Part shown: positions 48,087 through 58,091 of the stretch, one piece after another | Numbering within the stretch: position 1 is the first letter of the stretch | How the letters are laid out: the number at the start of each line of letters is the position of its first letter | Made by a program: the position numbers and the translations under genes | Notes under the pieces: model-generated | What the model saw: the letters and a program-made list of their open reading frames with translations, nothing else | Told to the model about the DNA's origin: nothing | Databases searched by the model: none | NCBI GenBank assembly: GCA_002440965.1 | Contig: DJWJ01000031.1 | Location: 6,348-70,347, forward strand | DNA: 64,000 nucleotides | Source: Candidatus Omnitrophica bacterium UBA6233 | GTDB taxonomy: Bacteria > Omnitrophota > Gorgyraeia > Gygaellales > Profunditerraquicolaceae | Direction of reading: 5' to 3'

Positions 48087-49380
48087 GAAAAAGGTTATTA
48101 TTTTAGGCGCAGGGCTTACCGGATTAAGCGCTGCCTGGCATCTTCAAAAGAGGAGTATACCTTACATAATTTTTGAAAAAGAAAGGTCTATCGGGGGGCT
48201 TTGCCGTTCTAAAAAAATAGACGGCTTTACTTTTGATTGTGATGGGCATATGTTGCATTTTAGGCATCGTTATGTTTTTAATCTGGTAAAAAGCCTCTTA
48301 GGCGATAATCTGGTGAAGCATGAGAGAAACGCTTGGATTCATTTTTATGATAGGCTAATCCGTTATCCTTTTCAGGCTAATCTTTTTGGCTTGCCATCCC
48401 GTATCGCCCGAGAGTGCCTTACGGGTTATCTTAAAGTTCATAAGAACAAGCTTTATGAGTATGCTAACTTTGAGGATTGGATAAAGTTTACTTTCGGTTA
48501 CGGAATAGCCAAACACTTTATGATTCCTTATAATTCCAAGTTTTGGACTCTTCCCTTAAAAGAATTGACCTGCGATTGGCTTGCCGGTTTTATTCCTATC
48601 CCTACCAGAGAACAGGTTGTGCTTGGCGCGAAAAGAGATGTTCCAAAGCAATTTGGTTATAATGCGAGTTTTTGGTACCCAAGGTCTGGAGGGATCAACG
48701 AATTACCCAAGGTTTTGGCTTGTGGATTAAAAGATGTTCGGATTGGATGCCGCGCCAAGCGGATAGACTTAAAGAAAAAAGAAATAAGTTTAAGCTCTGG
48801 AGGTAAGGAAACGTTTGATTGCTTGATTTCTACTATTCCTTTACCTGAGGTTTGGCATATTGCGCCGGATCTTCCCGCTAGTGTCGCAGTGTCATTTAAG
48901 AAGTTAAAATGGAATTCCATTTTTAATTTTAATATCGGTTTGAACCATTGCGGAAACCACAACAGGCACTGGATTTACTTTCCCGATAATAAGCTGTGTT
49001 TTTTCAGGGTAGGTTTCATTAATAATATTTCATCTTCTCTTGTCCCGCGCGGTAAAAGTTCGATGTATATAGAAGTGGCTTACTCCCGGGAAAGACCGTT
49101 AGATAAGAGAAAGATAATAACGAACATTATCAGGGATTTAAAAAGCGTTAACCTGATTTCCTGTCCGGATGAGGTATGCCTTCAGGACATTAACGATATA
49201 GAATACGGTTATCCGATTTATGATTTATTTTATAAGCATTCTAGAGACAATGCTGTTGGATTCCTCAGAGAAAACGGCGTAATTTCTTGCGGCCGTTACG
49301 GGTCTTGGAGATATATGTCTATGGAAGATGCGATACAGGATGGAAGGAGGGCAGCAGATGAAGTTGGCAAGCTTTTTTAA
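48079..49380 (+). CDS. FAD-dependent oxidoreductase (amine-oxidase/UDP-galactopyranose-mutase-like fold)
   Basis: KKVIILGAGLTGLSAA...FEKERSIGG is a Rossmann FAD-binding GxGxxG. 433 aa. Confidence 0.55.
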   Translation: MAKKKVIILGAGLTGLSAAWHLQKRSIPYIIFEKERSIGGLCRSKKIDGFTFDCDGHMLHFRHRYVFNLVKSLLGDNLVKHERNAWIHFYDRLIRYPFQANLFGLPSRIARECLTGYLKVHKNKLYEYANFEDWIKFTFGYGIAKHFMIPYNSKFWTLPLKELTCDWLAGFIPIPTREQVVLGAKRDVPKQFGYNASFWYPRSGGINELPKVLACGLKDVRIGCRAKRIDLKKKEISLSSGGKETFDCLISTIPLPEVWHIAPDLPASVAVSFKKLKWNSIFNFNIGLNHCGNHNRHWIYFPDNKLCFFRVGFINNISSSLVPRGKSSMYIEVAYSRERPLDKRKIITNIIRDLKSVNLISCPDEVCLQDINDIEYGYPIYDLFYKHSRDNAVGFLRENGVISCGRYGSWRYMSMEDAIQDGRRAADEVGKLF

Positions 49381-50152
49381 AGAAAGAATCCGGAAACTTT
49401 TTTTATGCCGTCGTGTATTTATTGATATGGCTTTGCGCCAGTTTAAAGAAAAATATGCAGGTTCCAAACTCGGTTTATGGTGGGCGGTAGTTACGCCTTT
49501 ACTTTTTGCCGTGAGTATCAATTTTGTCTTTATCTCGGTTTTTAATATACAAATGCCCAACTATACTTTATTTGTTCTATCTGGAATGATCCCTTGGTTC
49601 TTTTTTACGAATTCTCTCTCGGAGGCCGCAGGTTCATTTTTATCTAACTCCTCAATCTTGAGGCAGACTCTTGTTCCTCGAGAGTTCATTCCAATGGCTT
49701 CGGTTATGGCAAGCCTTCTGAATTTCGCAATGGGTTTAATCTTTTTGTTACCCTTTTTTATAATCGCCAATATAAAAGTTTTAACGATCATGCCCTTATT
49801 ATCGGTGGTTATATTATTTCACTTTATTTTTATTGCAGGTTTCGCGCTATTGTTATCCGTCCTCAACGTTTTTATGAGGGATTTACCGCATATCTTGTCG
49901 ACTTTATTCATGGTTTGGTTTTGGATTACTCCGGTGTTCTATTCAATAGATATGGCACCTGCTTCTTTTTTATGGGTATGTTTCATAAATCCAATGACCC
50001 ATTTTGTAGTGATATATCGGGAAATATTGTTTCAAGCCAAGTTTCCTCCCCTCGGTAATTTCTTTATTCTAGGTTTACTGTCCTTGGGATTTTTCTTGAT
50101 AAGTTACCTTATTTTTATATTAAAAGAACCCGAGTTATTAAAAAGAATATGA
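49358..50152 (+). CDS. wzm: ABC-2 type polysaccharide exporter permease (Wzm/TagG/KpsM-like)
   Basis: GGAAGGAGG RBS before ATG 49358. Six TM segments. ABC-2 signature region. The track ORF begins earlier at 49328 and overlaps the upstream gene. Confidence 0.75.
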   Translation: MKLASFFKERIRKLFLCRRVFIDMALRQFKEKYAGSKLGLWWAVVTPLLFAVSINFVFISVFNIQMPNYTLFVLSGMIPWFFFTNSLSEAAGSFLSNSSILRQTLVPREFIPMASVMASLLNFAMGLIFLLPFFIIANIKVLTIMPLLSVVILFHFIFIAGFALLLSVLNVFMRDLPHILSTLFMVWFWITPVFYSIDMAPASFLWVCFINPMTHFVVIYREILFQAKFPPLGNFFILGLLSLGFFLISYLIFILKEPELLKRI

Positions 50153-52911
50153 AAAGAGTCGAAATCAAAGGAGCTTGGGAAAAATATCTCATAAAATTTA
50201 TTAATCAAGGCAAGGTTTCTTGGGAAGAAATCTGGGCTCTAGAGGATATAAATCTTGAAATTGATAAAGGACAAACCGTATGTTTAATTGGACAGAATGG
50301 GTCTGGGAAAACTACTCTTTTGAGGTTGATTGCCGGAATGCTCCTTCCGGATAAAGGTGAAGTTAATGTTGATGGCAGGGTTTCTGCTTTGATGGAACTT
50401 GGTGCGGGGTTCAATCCGGAATTTACGGGTAGAGAGAATATTTCGCTTAACGCCAGGATGTATGGATTAAGCGATGAAGCCCTGGCAGGCTCTTTGACTA
50501 AGATTATAGATTTTGCCGATTTGGGTAAATTTATCGATGCTCCAATAAAATATTATTCTCAAGGTATGTTCATGCGCTTAGCCTTTAGTTTGGCAATATT
50601 CGTTGAGCCGGACATACTTTTGATTGACGAAGTTTTATCCGTGGGTGACGAAGAGGCAAGGCAAAAATGTATCAAGATGATCTTTGACCTGAAGAATGCG
50701 GGTAAAACAATAGTTTTAGTGACTCACGATTTAGATATGGCGGTTAAATTGTGCGATCGCGCCATTCTTATAGAAAAAGGAAAGATCATAAAGGACGGAT
50801 TACCCAAGAAAATAATACCTTATTATTTTGAGACTATCGGGGATAAATCTGGAGTTGCTGTTCTTGGTTACGATAAGTATAGAATCGTGTTTAATAATGG
50901 AAAACTTAGTATTTCCTACGAAGATAATCTTCTTAGCAGGGGTTTCGGAGGCTCGCTTTCTTTTTTCTCTCCCTGTATTAATAGATGGTTATCATCTTCA
51001 GATTTGTCTTGGAAGATCAATAGATTATCTGAAAATAAAATTATTGCTGAGGGTAGTTCTGGAAGCCAGGCATTGTCTCAGATATGGACAGTTGAGCTGC
51101 TTGAAAACCAGCTTAAATGGGACATGGAACTTAAAGAAAGCTTGGCCGTTGATCCCCATATGGATTTATTTTTAAGCCCGGATTATAAGAAGCTTTTTAC
51201 CGCAGACAAAGATATGGATATACCCGATTTTTCGAATAAGTCAGATTGGCAGGAGTTGTATGCTTCTCGTGATTTTCTGGGTTTTTCTGCTCCGGATAAA
51301 AGCGCGAGTCTGCCTTTATTATTGTTTAAAGCAAATGATCGGAGTGTTCCATTTAGGGCTTTTAACACAGGTTATATCCAGGAAGCGCGGGTAATGCAGG
51401 CGCATCTTGGCGATGACCGCATTTTTTCGTTCAGTATAAGATTTTTTCCTTCTCGGAAAGACTTTGAAGATCTTATCTGGATTCTAAAGGAGGAATTGCG
51501 CCAGAAGCGCGAAGCGGAAGAACAGGAAAAAGCGAGGGCGCAGAAAGCGAAAGATGAAGAACGGATTTTGGCGCAAACTCTTCAAGCCGGAAATTTCCGT
51601 GTTTTTGCGGATGTTGATAGTAGGAAAGTAAAGATTTATTTTAGAGAAAGAGAAGTCAGCAGCGGAAAAGGAATTTATTCGGATATATGTATGGCCGAAA
51701 GCGGCGTTTGGATAAACCCGGATTTTGCGCAGTGGCAAGTAAGAAGAACCTGCCCGGAGGAATTGAGCTTGATTTTTGTTTTCCCGGAACTATTTTTTCG
51801 TCAGATTTGGGTATTCAGGGCGGTTGATAATAGGATAATTCTTAAGGTATCGTTGGAGACCGACAAGCAGTTTTCAATAATTTCTCAATATTTAAGATTT
51901 GAGGTCAGCGATAAATTTAAGGAATGGAAAACAATTTATGAAAAAGGTGATGTTGCGGCCAAACAATATTATAACAATATCGCGCCAATAAGAATCAAAG
52001 ATAATAAAGTTACAGAGATAATCTTGGGGGCTGGATCCGGTAATGAAATTGCGCCTCTGGGTATTCGTTCTTATTCAGGGTATGGCACAAAAACATTAAG
52101 TGTTTTTAAAAAGAAAGAATCAAATGGTGAGTCTATTTGCGTTAATTATTCGGCTATTATTCCGAGGAATGCGCAGTTGATTTCTCCCGGCAGAGTAGAT
52201 TTATTTGAGGGGGAGATAGTTTTTAGTGGCGGTATCAGTTTAAGTGAACCCATAAAGAAAACCGGTATTCTGAAAAGGAATAATCTTGGATTTATTTTTG
52301 ATTCCGGCAGAGGAAAGATTTTTTTTGATGGCAGAGAATTGACCAAAGATTTGGGAGTATATACTTCTTTGCGTTCAAACGGAATTTGGTATGATTCGTT
52401 TCAGGGGGTTTGGGACTTTGAATGTTTGGATGATTTTAGGATGATAGCCAGAGGAGACTGGCAATGTATTCCTGTTTCGCAAACCTGGATCATAGAATTT
52501 CTGAAGGAAGGCTGTATATATTGGAAAGTGGTAATGGATGTTTATGAGGTCGTTGATTTGGAAATCCAACAAGCGAGCGTTATGCTTTCGCCGGAATACA
52601 AAATTTGGGAGGTTTCGGGTATACCCAAAGGATATTTTTCGCAAGGCTATACTAATGATTATGATATTTTGCCTTTTAGATTTTGGAATGGAAAATCGGG
52701 AGAAACCGGGCTCTGTGCTTCGGGAGATAAAATACCCGGTGTATGTTTTAAGAATATTCGGGATGAGGCATTTTGTAATGCCATTGTGGAGAATACCGAT
52801 TCAATTTACCGTGGGAGGCTGCTTCAATATCAAAAGGAAAACTTGCATAAACTTTTACCGGGTAAATACGACTATTTTGAAGGGGTAATAAAGATTGAAT
52901 CTACGGGATAA
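50149..52911 (+). CDS. wzt: ABC transporter ATPase (Wzt/TagH-like) with about 690-aa C-terminal extension
   Basis: GQNGSGKTT (Walker A), YSQGMFMRLAFS (signature), LLIDEVLSVGD (Walker B). Extension contains three repeat modules and a charged coiled coil. Confidence 0.8.
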   Translation: MKRVEIKGAWEKYLIKFINQGKVSWEEIWALEDINLEIDKGQTVCLIGQNGSGKTTLLRLIAGMLLPDKGEVNVDGRVSALMELGAGFNPEFTGRENISLNARMYGLSDEALAGSLTKIIDFADLGKFIDAPIKYYSQGMFMRLAFSLAIFVEPDILLIDEVLSVGDEEARQKCIKMIFDLKNAGKTIVLVTHDLDMAVKLCDRAILIEKGKIIKDGLPKKIIPYYFETIGDKSGVAVLGYDKYRIVFNNGKLSISYEDNLLSRGFGGSLSFFSPCINRWLSSSDLSWKINRLSENKIIAEGSSGSQALSQIWTVELLENQLKWDMELKESLAVDPHMDLFLSPDYKKLFTADKDMDIPDFSNKSDWQELYASRDFLGFSAPDKSASLPLLLFKANDRSVPFRAFNTGYIQEARVMQAHLGDDRIFSFSIRFFPSRKDFEDLIWILKEELRQKREAEEQEKARAQKAKDEERILAQTLQAGNFRVFADVDSRKVKIYFREREVSSGKGIYSDICMAESGVWINPDFAQWQVRRTCPEELSLIFVFPELFFRQIWVFRAVDNRIILKVSLETDKQFSIISQYLRFEVSDKFKEWKTIYEKGDVAAKQYYNNIAPIRIKDNKVTEIILGAGSGNEIAPLGIRSYSGYGTKTLSVFKKKESNGESICVNYSAIIPRNAQLISPGRVDLFEGEIVFSGGISLSEPIKKTGILKRNNLGFIFDSGRGKIFFDGRELTKDLGVYTSLRSNGIWYDSFQGVWDFECLDDFRMIARGDWQCIPVSQTWIIEFLKEGCIYWKVVMDVYEVVDLEIQQASVMLSPEYKIWEVSGIPKGYFSQGYTNDYDILPFRFWNGKSGETGLCASGDKIPGVCFKNIRDEAFCNAIVENTDSIYRGRLLQYQKENLHKLLPGKYDYFEGVIKIESTG

Positions 52912-55900
52912 CTATTATAAATTCAAAAGACATTTGGAGTCTAAAGGAGGATTCTACGCTTTATGCAGAGGCCTAAAATATATTTTATATTTATTTAGGC
53001 ATAGCGGAGCTTTGTTTCGCAGCCGAAATATTATCGAAAAAGGTAAGCTTAAGTTGGTATTTAACGGTCACGGAATTTCAATTTTCTGGGATAATATTGA
53101 AATTACCAAAAATGCCGGGTTAAATTGCGGCATAAAGATATCGGAAGCATGGACTGATTCCACGAAGGCAAAGTGGAAGGTTCTGGAGAGTGGGCCGGAT
53201 TTGCTTAAGTTCTCAGTTTGTTTCAAAAAATTGCCCCTAAGACAAATCTGGACATTAGGAGTAGATAGCCAGGAAATTTTCCTTTGGCATATAGATCTAG
53301 AAGTAAAATCTTCCATATTAATAGATGAACTGCGTTTTATAAATCAAGTTCGGCCAGTTTATAAGGCTTGGTTATCGGATTATCTACAAAATTATTTTCC
53401 CCGTTTAGACAATTGCTGGCATGATTTGAACGGTAATGAAGATGGATCGGTTTGTCTTGTAGGTTTAAGACATCCGAGGCAGGCAGATATACCTCGTTGT
53501 TTGGTTTTGGAAACGCAGGATGGTGTTTTGCCGGCTTTGATTCAGAATACCCCAAAACAACACGGCACTAATTTAATAGGTTTTAAGTTAATCAGGAAAG
53601 GCGTGGAAAGAAATTATTATCCGGGGATGCACAGTATTTTTTCCTGCCGGATAAATATTTTTATTGAGGATGAACCTTTGGATATAAAGATTGAGCATTT
53701 GCGTAGAAGTATTTTCGATAAATCTTTGGCTGCTAAGGCCGTAGAAGATAAAACTAGAAAAAAGCCGAGTGTTTCATTGGTTAATTTGCCTTGGAAGAGG
53801 GGAGGGAAATGGGGGGTGCGTGCCGGTTCGCGCTGGCCGCATATACTTGACGATAGCGAGACAAATTATTTGCCGTTTCCGTTCTTTCTGGCTTACGCTG
53901 CGGCATTGCTGCAGAAAAATTATTTTTCGGTCAGCCTTATTGACGCTATTGCAGAGCAGCTTGATGAAGAAGTTTTTTTGAAGAAAATTACCGGATTGAA
54001 CATTGATTTTCTGGTTGCGGAAACATCCACCCCGTCTTTTTATAATGATTTGGCTATTTTAAAGAAAATTCATTCTTCTTTGGGTATTCCGATAATACTT
54101 TGCGGACCGCACTTTGAGATTTACCAAACTCAGATTTTGAAAGATAACGATTTTATAGCTTATACGCTATTTGGAGAATATGAATTTACTCTACTTGAGC
54201 TTTTGGTTAGTTTGGCAGAGAAGAAAGATTTATCCGGGGTGAAGGGTTTAATTTGGAGAGCAGGGAGTGACGTTATCAAAAATCCGGCGCGGGAGGCTTG
54301 TGATATAAATCTTTTGCCTTGGCCTCTTCGGGACGCCTTGCCTATGGGAAAATACATGGATTTGCCTGGAGGATTGCCTATTCCTTCGGTTCAGATGCTG
54401 TCTTCCCGAGGGTGCCCTTTTAGGTGCACGTTTTGTCTTTGGCCGCAGGTATTTTATTCCGGGCGCGATTACCGGCCGAGGGATGTTGGGGACGTAGTAA
54501 ATGAAATGGAGTATTTGGTAAAGGTTAAAGGATTCAAATCTATATATTTTGATGACGATACATTCAATATTGGCAAAGAAAGGATTCTCGAATTTTGCAA
54601 ACAGGTTAGAGGCAAAGGATTGCAAAACATACCTTGGGCGGTAATGGCAAGAGCTGATTTAATGGACAAGGGAATCCTTTCCGAAATGAAATCCGCCGGC
54701 CTTTGGGCGGTGAAATATGGAGTTGAATCCGAAAATCAATTATCAGTTGATGATTGCGAAAAGAGACTGGACTTAAGAAAAGTTACTGAAATTGTCGGAA
54801 TCACCAAATCCCTCGGGATAAAAACCCATCTTACGTTCTGCTTTGGTTTTCCTGGGGAGACGGATAAAAGTATTCGGAAAACCATAGATTATTCATTGAA
54901 ACTCGACTCCGATTCCGCCCAATTTTCCATTCTTACTCCGTTTCCCGGAACGGAATTGTTTGAGCGGTTAGACAATGAGAATAGGATACTTACGAAGGAC
55001 TGGTCAAAATATGATGGCCATCACAGTTGTGTTTTTCAGCCAGATATTTTGACCGTGGATGATTTGGAAAAGGCAAAAGAGAAGGCTTGTGTTATTTGGG
55101 CTCAGAGTAAGCTGGGCAAGAGGCATCTTGGTTATGATTTTGGTTTATTGTTGCAATACCAAAGAATCGGCGGGTTGGCATATGCTTTAAAAAGGGCATT
55201 TCATTATTGCTCCGGGAGGGTTACCGGAGCAATGCGGAATTCCTATGAACGGATGTTTGGTTTTGCCAAGGGGGCGGGATTTCTTACGGCAAAATTTTTA
55301 AAATACATTATCGATGGTGATGCCCGGCGTCACTACCTGCAGCTTCAAGGGGTTCATAGCGGTGAATACGCCTTTGTCGGCCCCAATCACGTGCAGGTCG
55401 ATTTGACTAACAATTGCAACAATAATTGTCTGGCTTGCTGGTGTAATTCTCCGCTTTTAGAGGAGAAAGCTTTGGGTTTGGAAGCTAAGGAGCAAGAACT
55501 TCCATTGAATTTGGTTAAAAGGCTGCTTGATGAATTAGCTTCTATGAGGACAAAGGAAATTTATTTTTCCGGAGGAGGGGAGCCTTTTGTCCATCCTGAC
55601 ATTATGGAGATTCTTGAGTATGCAAAACATAAAAAATTCATCTGTTATGTGAATACGAATTTCACCTTGTTTGATAGGAATAAGATTGATAGCTTAGTTA
55701 GAATGAGGATGGATCATTTAACGGTAAGCACTTGGGCAGCTACTCCTAATACATATTCCATAACCCATCCCAATAAGGATAAATCCGTTTTTTGCGACAT
55801 CATTGACAATCTCAAGTATTTGAATTCCATAAAGAGGGGCAAACCGGGCGTAAAATTATATAATGTCATTTTTAACAAGAATTTTTTTGAATTGGAAGAT

Positions 55901-56533
55901 ATGATTGAGATAGCATCCCGGACAGGTTCCGAATTTGTCGAATTTACTTTAATCGACACGATACCGGGTAAAACCGAGGAATTACTTTTAGATTCACGCC
56001 AGATCGCAGAATTGCGTAATTTAGCGGAAAAGATTTCGTGTAAACTAGACAATGCGGGTTGTTATAAAGGAGTGAAGGTTTTGAATTTCAAATCATTCTT
56101 AAGGCGTATTGCCAGCGATTCCGACCTAAAAAAAGCGACATATGACCGCAACATTATCGATAAAATTCCCTGTTATGCCGGGTGGATTTTTAGCCGTATT
56201 ATGCCTAACGGTGATGTTAACGCATGTCTTAAGGCGCATAGGATTCCCATGGGTAATCTATATAAAGCAAGTTTCAGGGAGATTTGGAATGGCGACAAAC
56301 AAAGGTATTTCCGGAAAAAAACATTGGTTTACGAAAAAAACGATTGTTTCTTCAAGTCTATCGGAAATGATCCGGAAGTTCAAGAGGCAGGATGCTATAA
56401 GAGTTGTGATGATATAGAGAGAAATACTTCATTTCATCGAAAAGTCAGCAGCCTTAATTTATTTGAGAAGAATTTTGTCGGTATTTTCTCAAAGCTTAAA
56501 AGGGTGAAGATTCGAAATGGAAAAAAAATCTAG
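52895..56533 (+). CDS. Tri-domain fusion: Wzt-C-terminal-like repeat module + B12-binding radical SAM + radical SAM/SPASM
   Basis: aa 50-140 alignable with the Wzt extension repeats (..PLRQIWTLGV....FLWHIDLEV). CPFRCTFCLW (nt about 54413-54443). NNCNNNCLACW (nt about 55411-55441). CYAGW...DVNAC SPASM/twitch (nt about 56170-56240). 1212 aa. Confidence 0.7.
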   Translation: MNLRDNYYKFKRHLESKGGFYALCRGLKYILYLFRHSGALFRSRNIIEKGKLKLVFNGHGISIFWDNIEITKNAGLNCGIKISEAWTDSTKAKWKVLESGPDLLKFSVCFKKLPLRQIWTLGVDSQEIFLWHIDLEVKSSILIDELRFINQVRPVYKAWLSDYLQNYFPRLDNCWHDLNGNEDGSVCLVGLRHPRQADIPRCLVLETQDGVLPALIQNTPKQHGTNLIGFKLIRKGVERNYYPGMHSIFSCRINIFIEDEPLDIKIEHLRRSIFDKSLAAKAVEDKTRKKPSVSLVNLPWKRGGKWGVRAGSRWPHILDDSETNYLPFPFFLAYAAALLQKNYFSVSLIDAIAEQLDEEVFLKKITGLNIDFLVAETSTPSFYNDLAILKKIHSSLGIPIILCGPHFEIYQTQILKDNDFIAYTLFGEYEFTLLELLVSLAEKKDLSGVKGLIWRAGSDVIKNPAREACDINLLPWPLRDALPMGKYMDLPGGLPIPSVQMLSSRGCPFRCTFCLWPQVFYSGRDYRPRDVGDVVNEMEYLVKVKGFKSIYFDDDTFNIGKERILEFCKQVRGKGLQNIPWAVMARADLMDKGILSEMKSAGLWAVKYGVESENQLSVDDCEKRLDLRKVTEIVGITKSLGIKTHLTFCFGFPGETDKSIRKTIDYSLKLDSDSAQFSILTPFPGTELFERLDNENRILTKDWSKYDGHHSCVFQPDILTVDDLEKAKEKACVIWAQSKLGKRHLGYDFGLLLQYQRIGGLAYALKRAFHYCSGRVTGAMRNSYERMFGFAKGAGFLTAKFLKYIIDGDARRHYLQLQGVHSGEYAFVGPNHVQVDLTNNCNNNCLACWCNSPLLEEKALGLEAKEQELPLNLVKRLLDELASMRTKEIYFSGGGEPFVHPDIMEILEYAKHKKFICYVNTNFTLFDRNKIDSLVRMRMDHLTVSTWAATPNTYSITHPNKDKSVFCDIIDNLKYLNSIKRGKPGVKLYNVIFNKNFFELEDMIEIASRTGSEFVEFTLIDTIPGKTEELLLDSRQIAELRNLAEKISCKLDNAGCYKGVKVLNFKSFLRRIASDSDLKKATYDRNIIDKIPCYAGWIFSRIMPNGDVNACLKAHRIPMGNLYKASFREIWNGDKQRYFRKKTLVYEKNDCFFKSIGNDPEVQEAGCYKSCDDIERNTSFHRKVSSLNLFEKNFVGIFSKLKRVKIRNGKKI

Positions 56534-57980
56534 CTGTAATCCAATCGTTTCGGGGGCAGATATCCTTTTGGTGATACCCCCTCCTTTTTTTACTAGAATG
56601 CCGCATATAGGAGTGGCATATTTGTCGAGTTTTCTCAAGGCCAAAGGGTTTAAAGTCTCTGTTTATGATTTAAGCCTGAAGCTATATAATTGCGCGACAG
56701 ACGAACTGAAGGAATTCTGGCAGATCGATCTTCTTAATAAGTTATTTGTTACGGAAGCAGCCGATTCTGTTTATAAGAATTTTGAGCAGCAAATAACCAG
56801 ATTTGTGGAGGATGTGTTAGCTACCGATATTAAAGTAATAGGTTTTTCCGTGAATATTATAAGTATATTTTTGGCTAATCGCATAGCGATGGAAATCAAG
56901 AGGAGAGACCCGGGTAGGTTCATTATTTTTGGCGGACCAGGAACATATTTCAAGCATCCGCGTGAATTAACCGAATCCGGATTTGTCGACTTGTATATAA
57001 TAGGGGAAGGCGAATTGACTCTTAGTAACATTTTAATTTCTTATTATTCGGGAAAAAATATAGAAACAGCTCCAGGGATATTGTCGGGGAATGATCTAGG
57101 CAGGTGCCAGGCCATCCCCGGGCAGACTATACATAACCTAGATACAATACCTCCGCCGACATTTTCAGAGTTCAATCTTGGTGACTACAATCAGGGTAAC
57201 GAATATAAACCGTTGCCTTTGCTTTTAAACCGTGGTTGTATTAATAGGTGTTCATATTGTATTGATTGTATAATGTGGCCGAAATACAGATCCAGATCCC
57301 CAAAACATATTATGGCCGAGATTGATTATCATATTAACAAAAACAATACCAAAGCTTTCGAGATTCTTGATTTGACTTGTAATGGTAATCTTGGACAGCT
57401 TTCAAAAACATGCGGTTTAATTATCGACTCAGGTTATAAGTTTGATTGGGTCAGTTATGCAGTCATCCGCAGGAATATGGATTTTGCGCTTTTGAGAAAA
57501 ATGAAACAGGCCGGTTGCAATACTTTGATATATGGCGTGGAAAATGGTTCGGATAGAATTTTAAAGAAGATGGGGAAAAGATATACGGCAAAAGAGGCTT
57601 CTGGGGTAATCCGGACTACACATAAAGCCGGGATCCGGGTGAATATAAATATCATCGTGGGGTTCCCGGGAGAAACGGAGAAAGATTTTGAAGATACAAT
57701 TGATTTTATCCGCGAGAACAAAGATTATATCAATGAGGTTACAAATGTATCAGGCTGCACATTATTCCCTGAAGCAGAGATTGGGATAAACAGTAGGAAA
57801 TACGGTATAGTCTGGGATGAGCATAGCGAGCCGATGCTGTATGAGGATTCAAATGGACTAAACCGGTCCGGAAGAATTGAGCGTGTGGCTAGAATGGTAG
57901 AGGCAATCAGCGAATTAAACCTGTCCAAGTCTATAATTAACAAGCCGGCTCTCGCCCCAATCATGAGAGAAGCTAGATGA
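56517..57980 (+). CDS. B12-binding (class B) radical SAM enzyme
   Basis: N-terminal B12-binding fold (ILLVIPPPFF...KGFKVSVYD). NRGCINRCSYCIDC is a CxxxCxxC motif. 487 aa. Confidence 0.75.
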   Translation: MEKKSSCNPIVSGADILLVIPPPFFTRMPHIGVAYLSSFLKAKGFKVSVYDLSLKLYNCATDELKEFWQIDLLNKLFVTEAADSVYKNFEQQITRFVEDVLATDIKVIGFSVNIISIFLANRIAMEIKRRDPGRFIIFGGPGTYFKHPRELTESGFVDLYIIGEGELTLSNILISYYSGKNIETAPGILSGNDLGRCQAIPGQTIHNLDTIPPPTFSEFNLGDYNQGNEYKPLPLLLNRGCINRCSYCIDCIMWPKYRSRSPKHIMAEIDYHINKNNTKAFEILDLTCNGNLGQLSKTCGLIIDSGYKFDWVSYAVIRRNMDFALLRKMKQAGCNTLIYGVENGSDRILKKMGKRYTAKEASGVIRTTHKAGIRVNINIIVGFPGETEKDFEDTIDFIRENKDYINEVTNVSGCTLFPEAEIGINSRKYGIVWDEHSEPMLYEDSNGLNRSGRIERVARMVEAISELNLSKSIINKPALAPIMREAR

Positions 57981-58091
57981 TAAAAAGAACATTTAAGCTC
58001 CCGTTATTACTCGTGCTTATTTTTGTCAGTATGGTTTATTTGGTTTATTTTTTATTATTGGAGAAACTAAGGAAACAGAAGGTTTTCTAGT

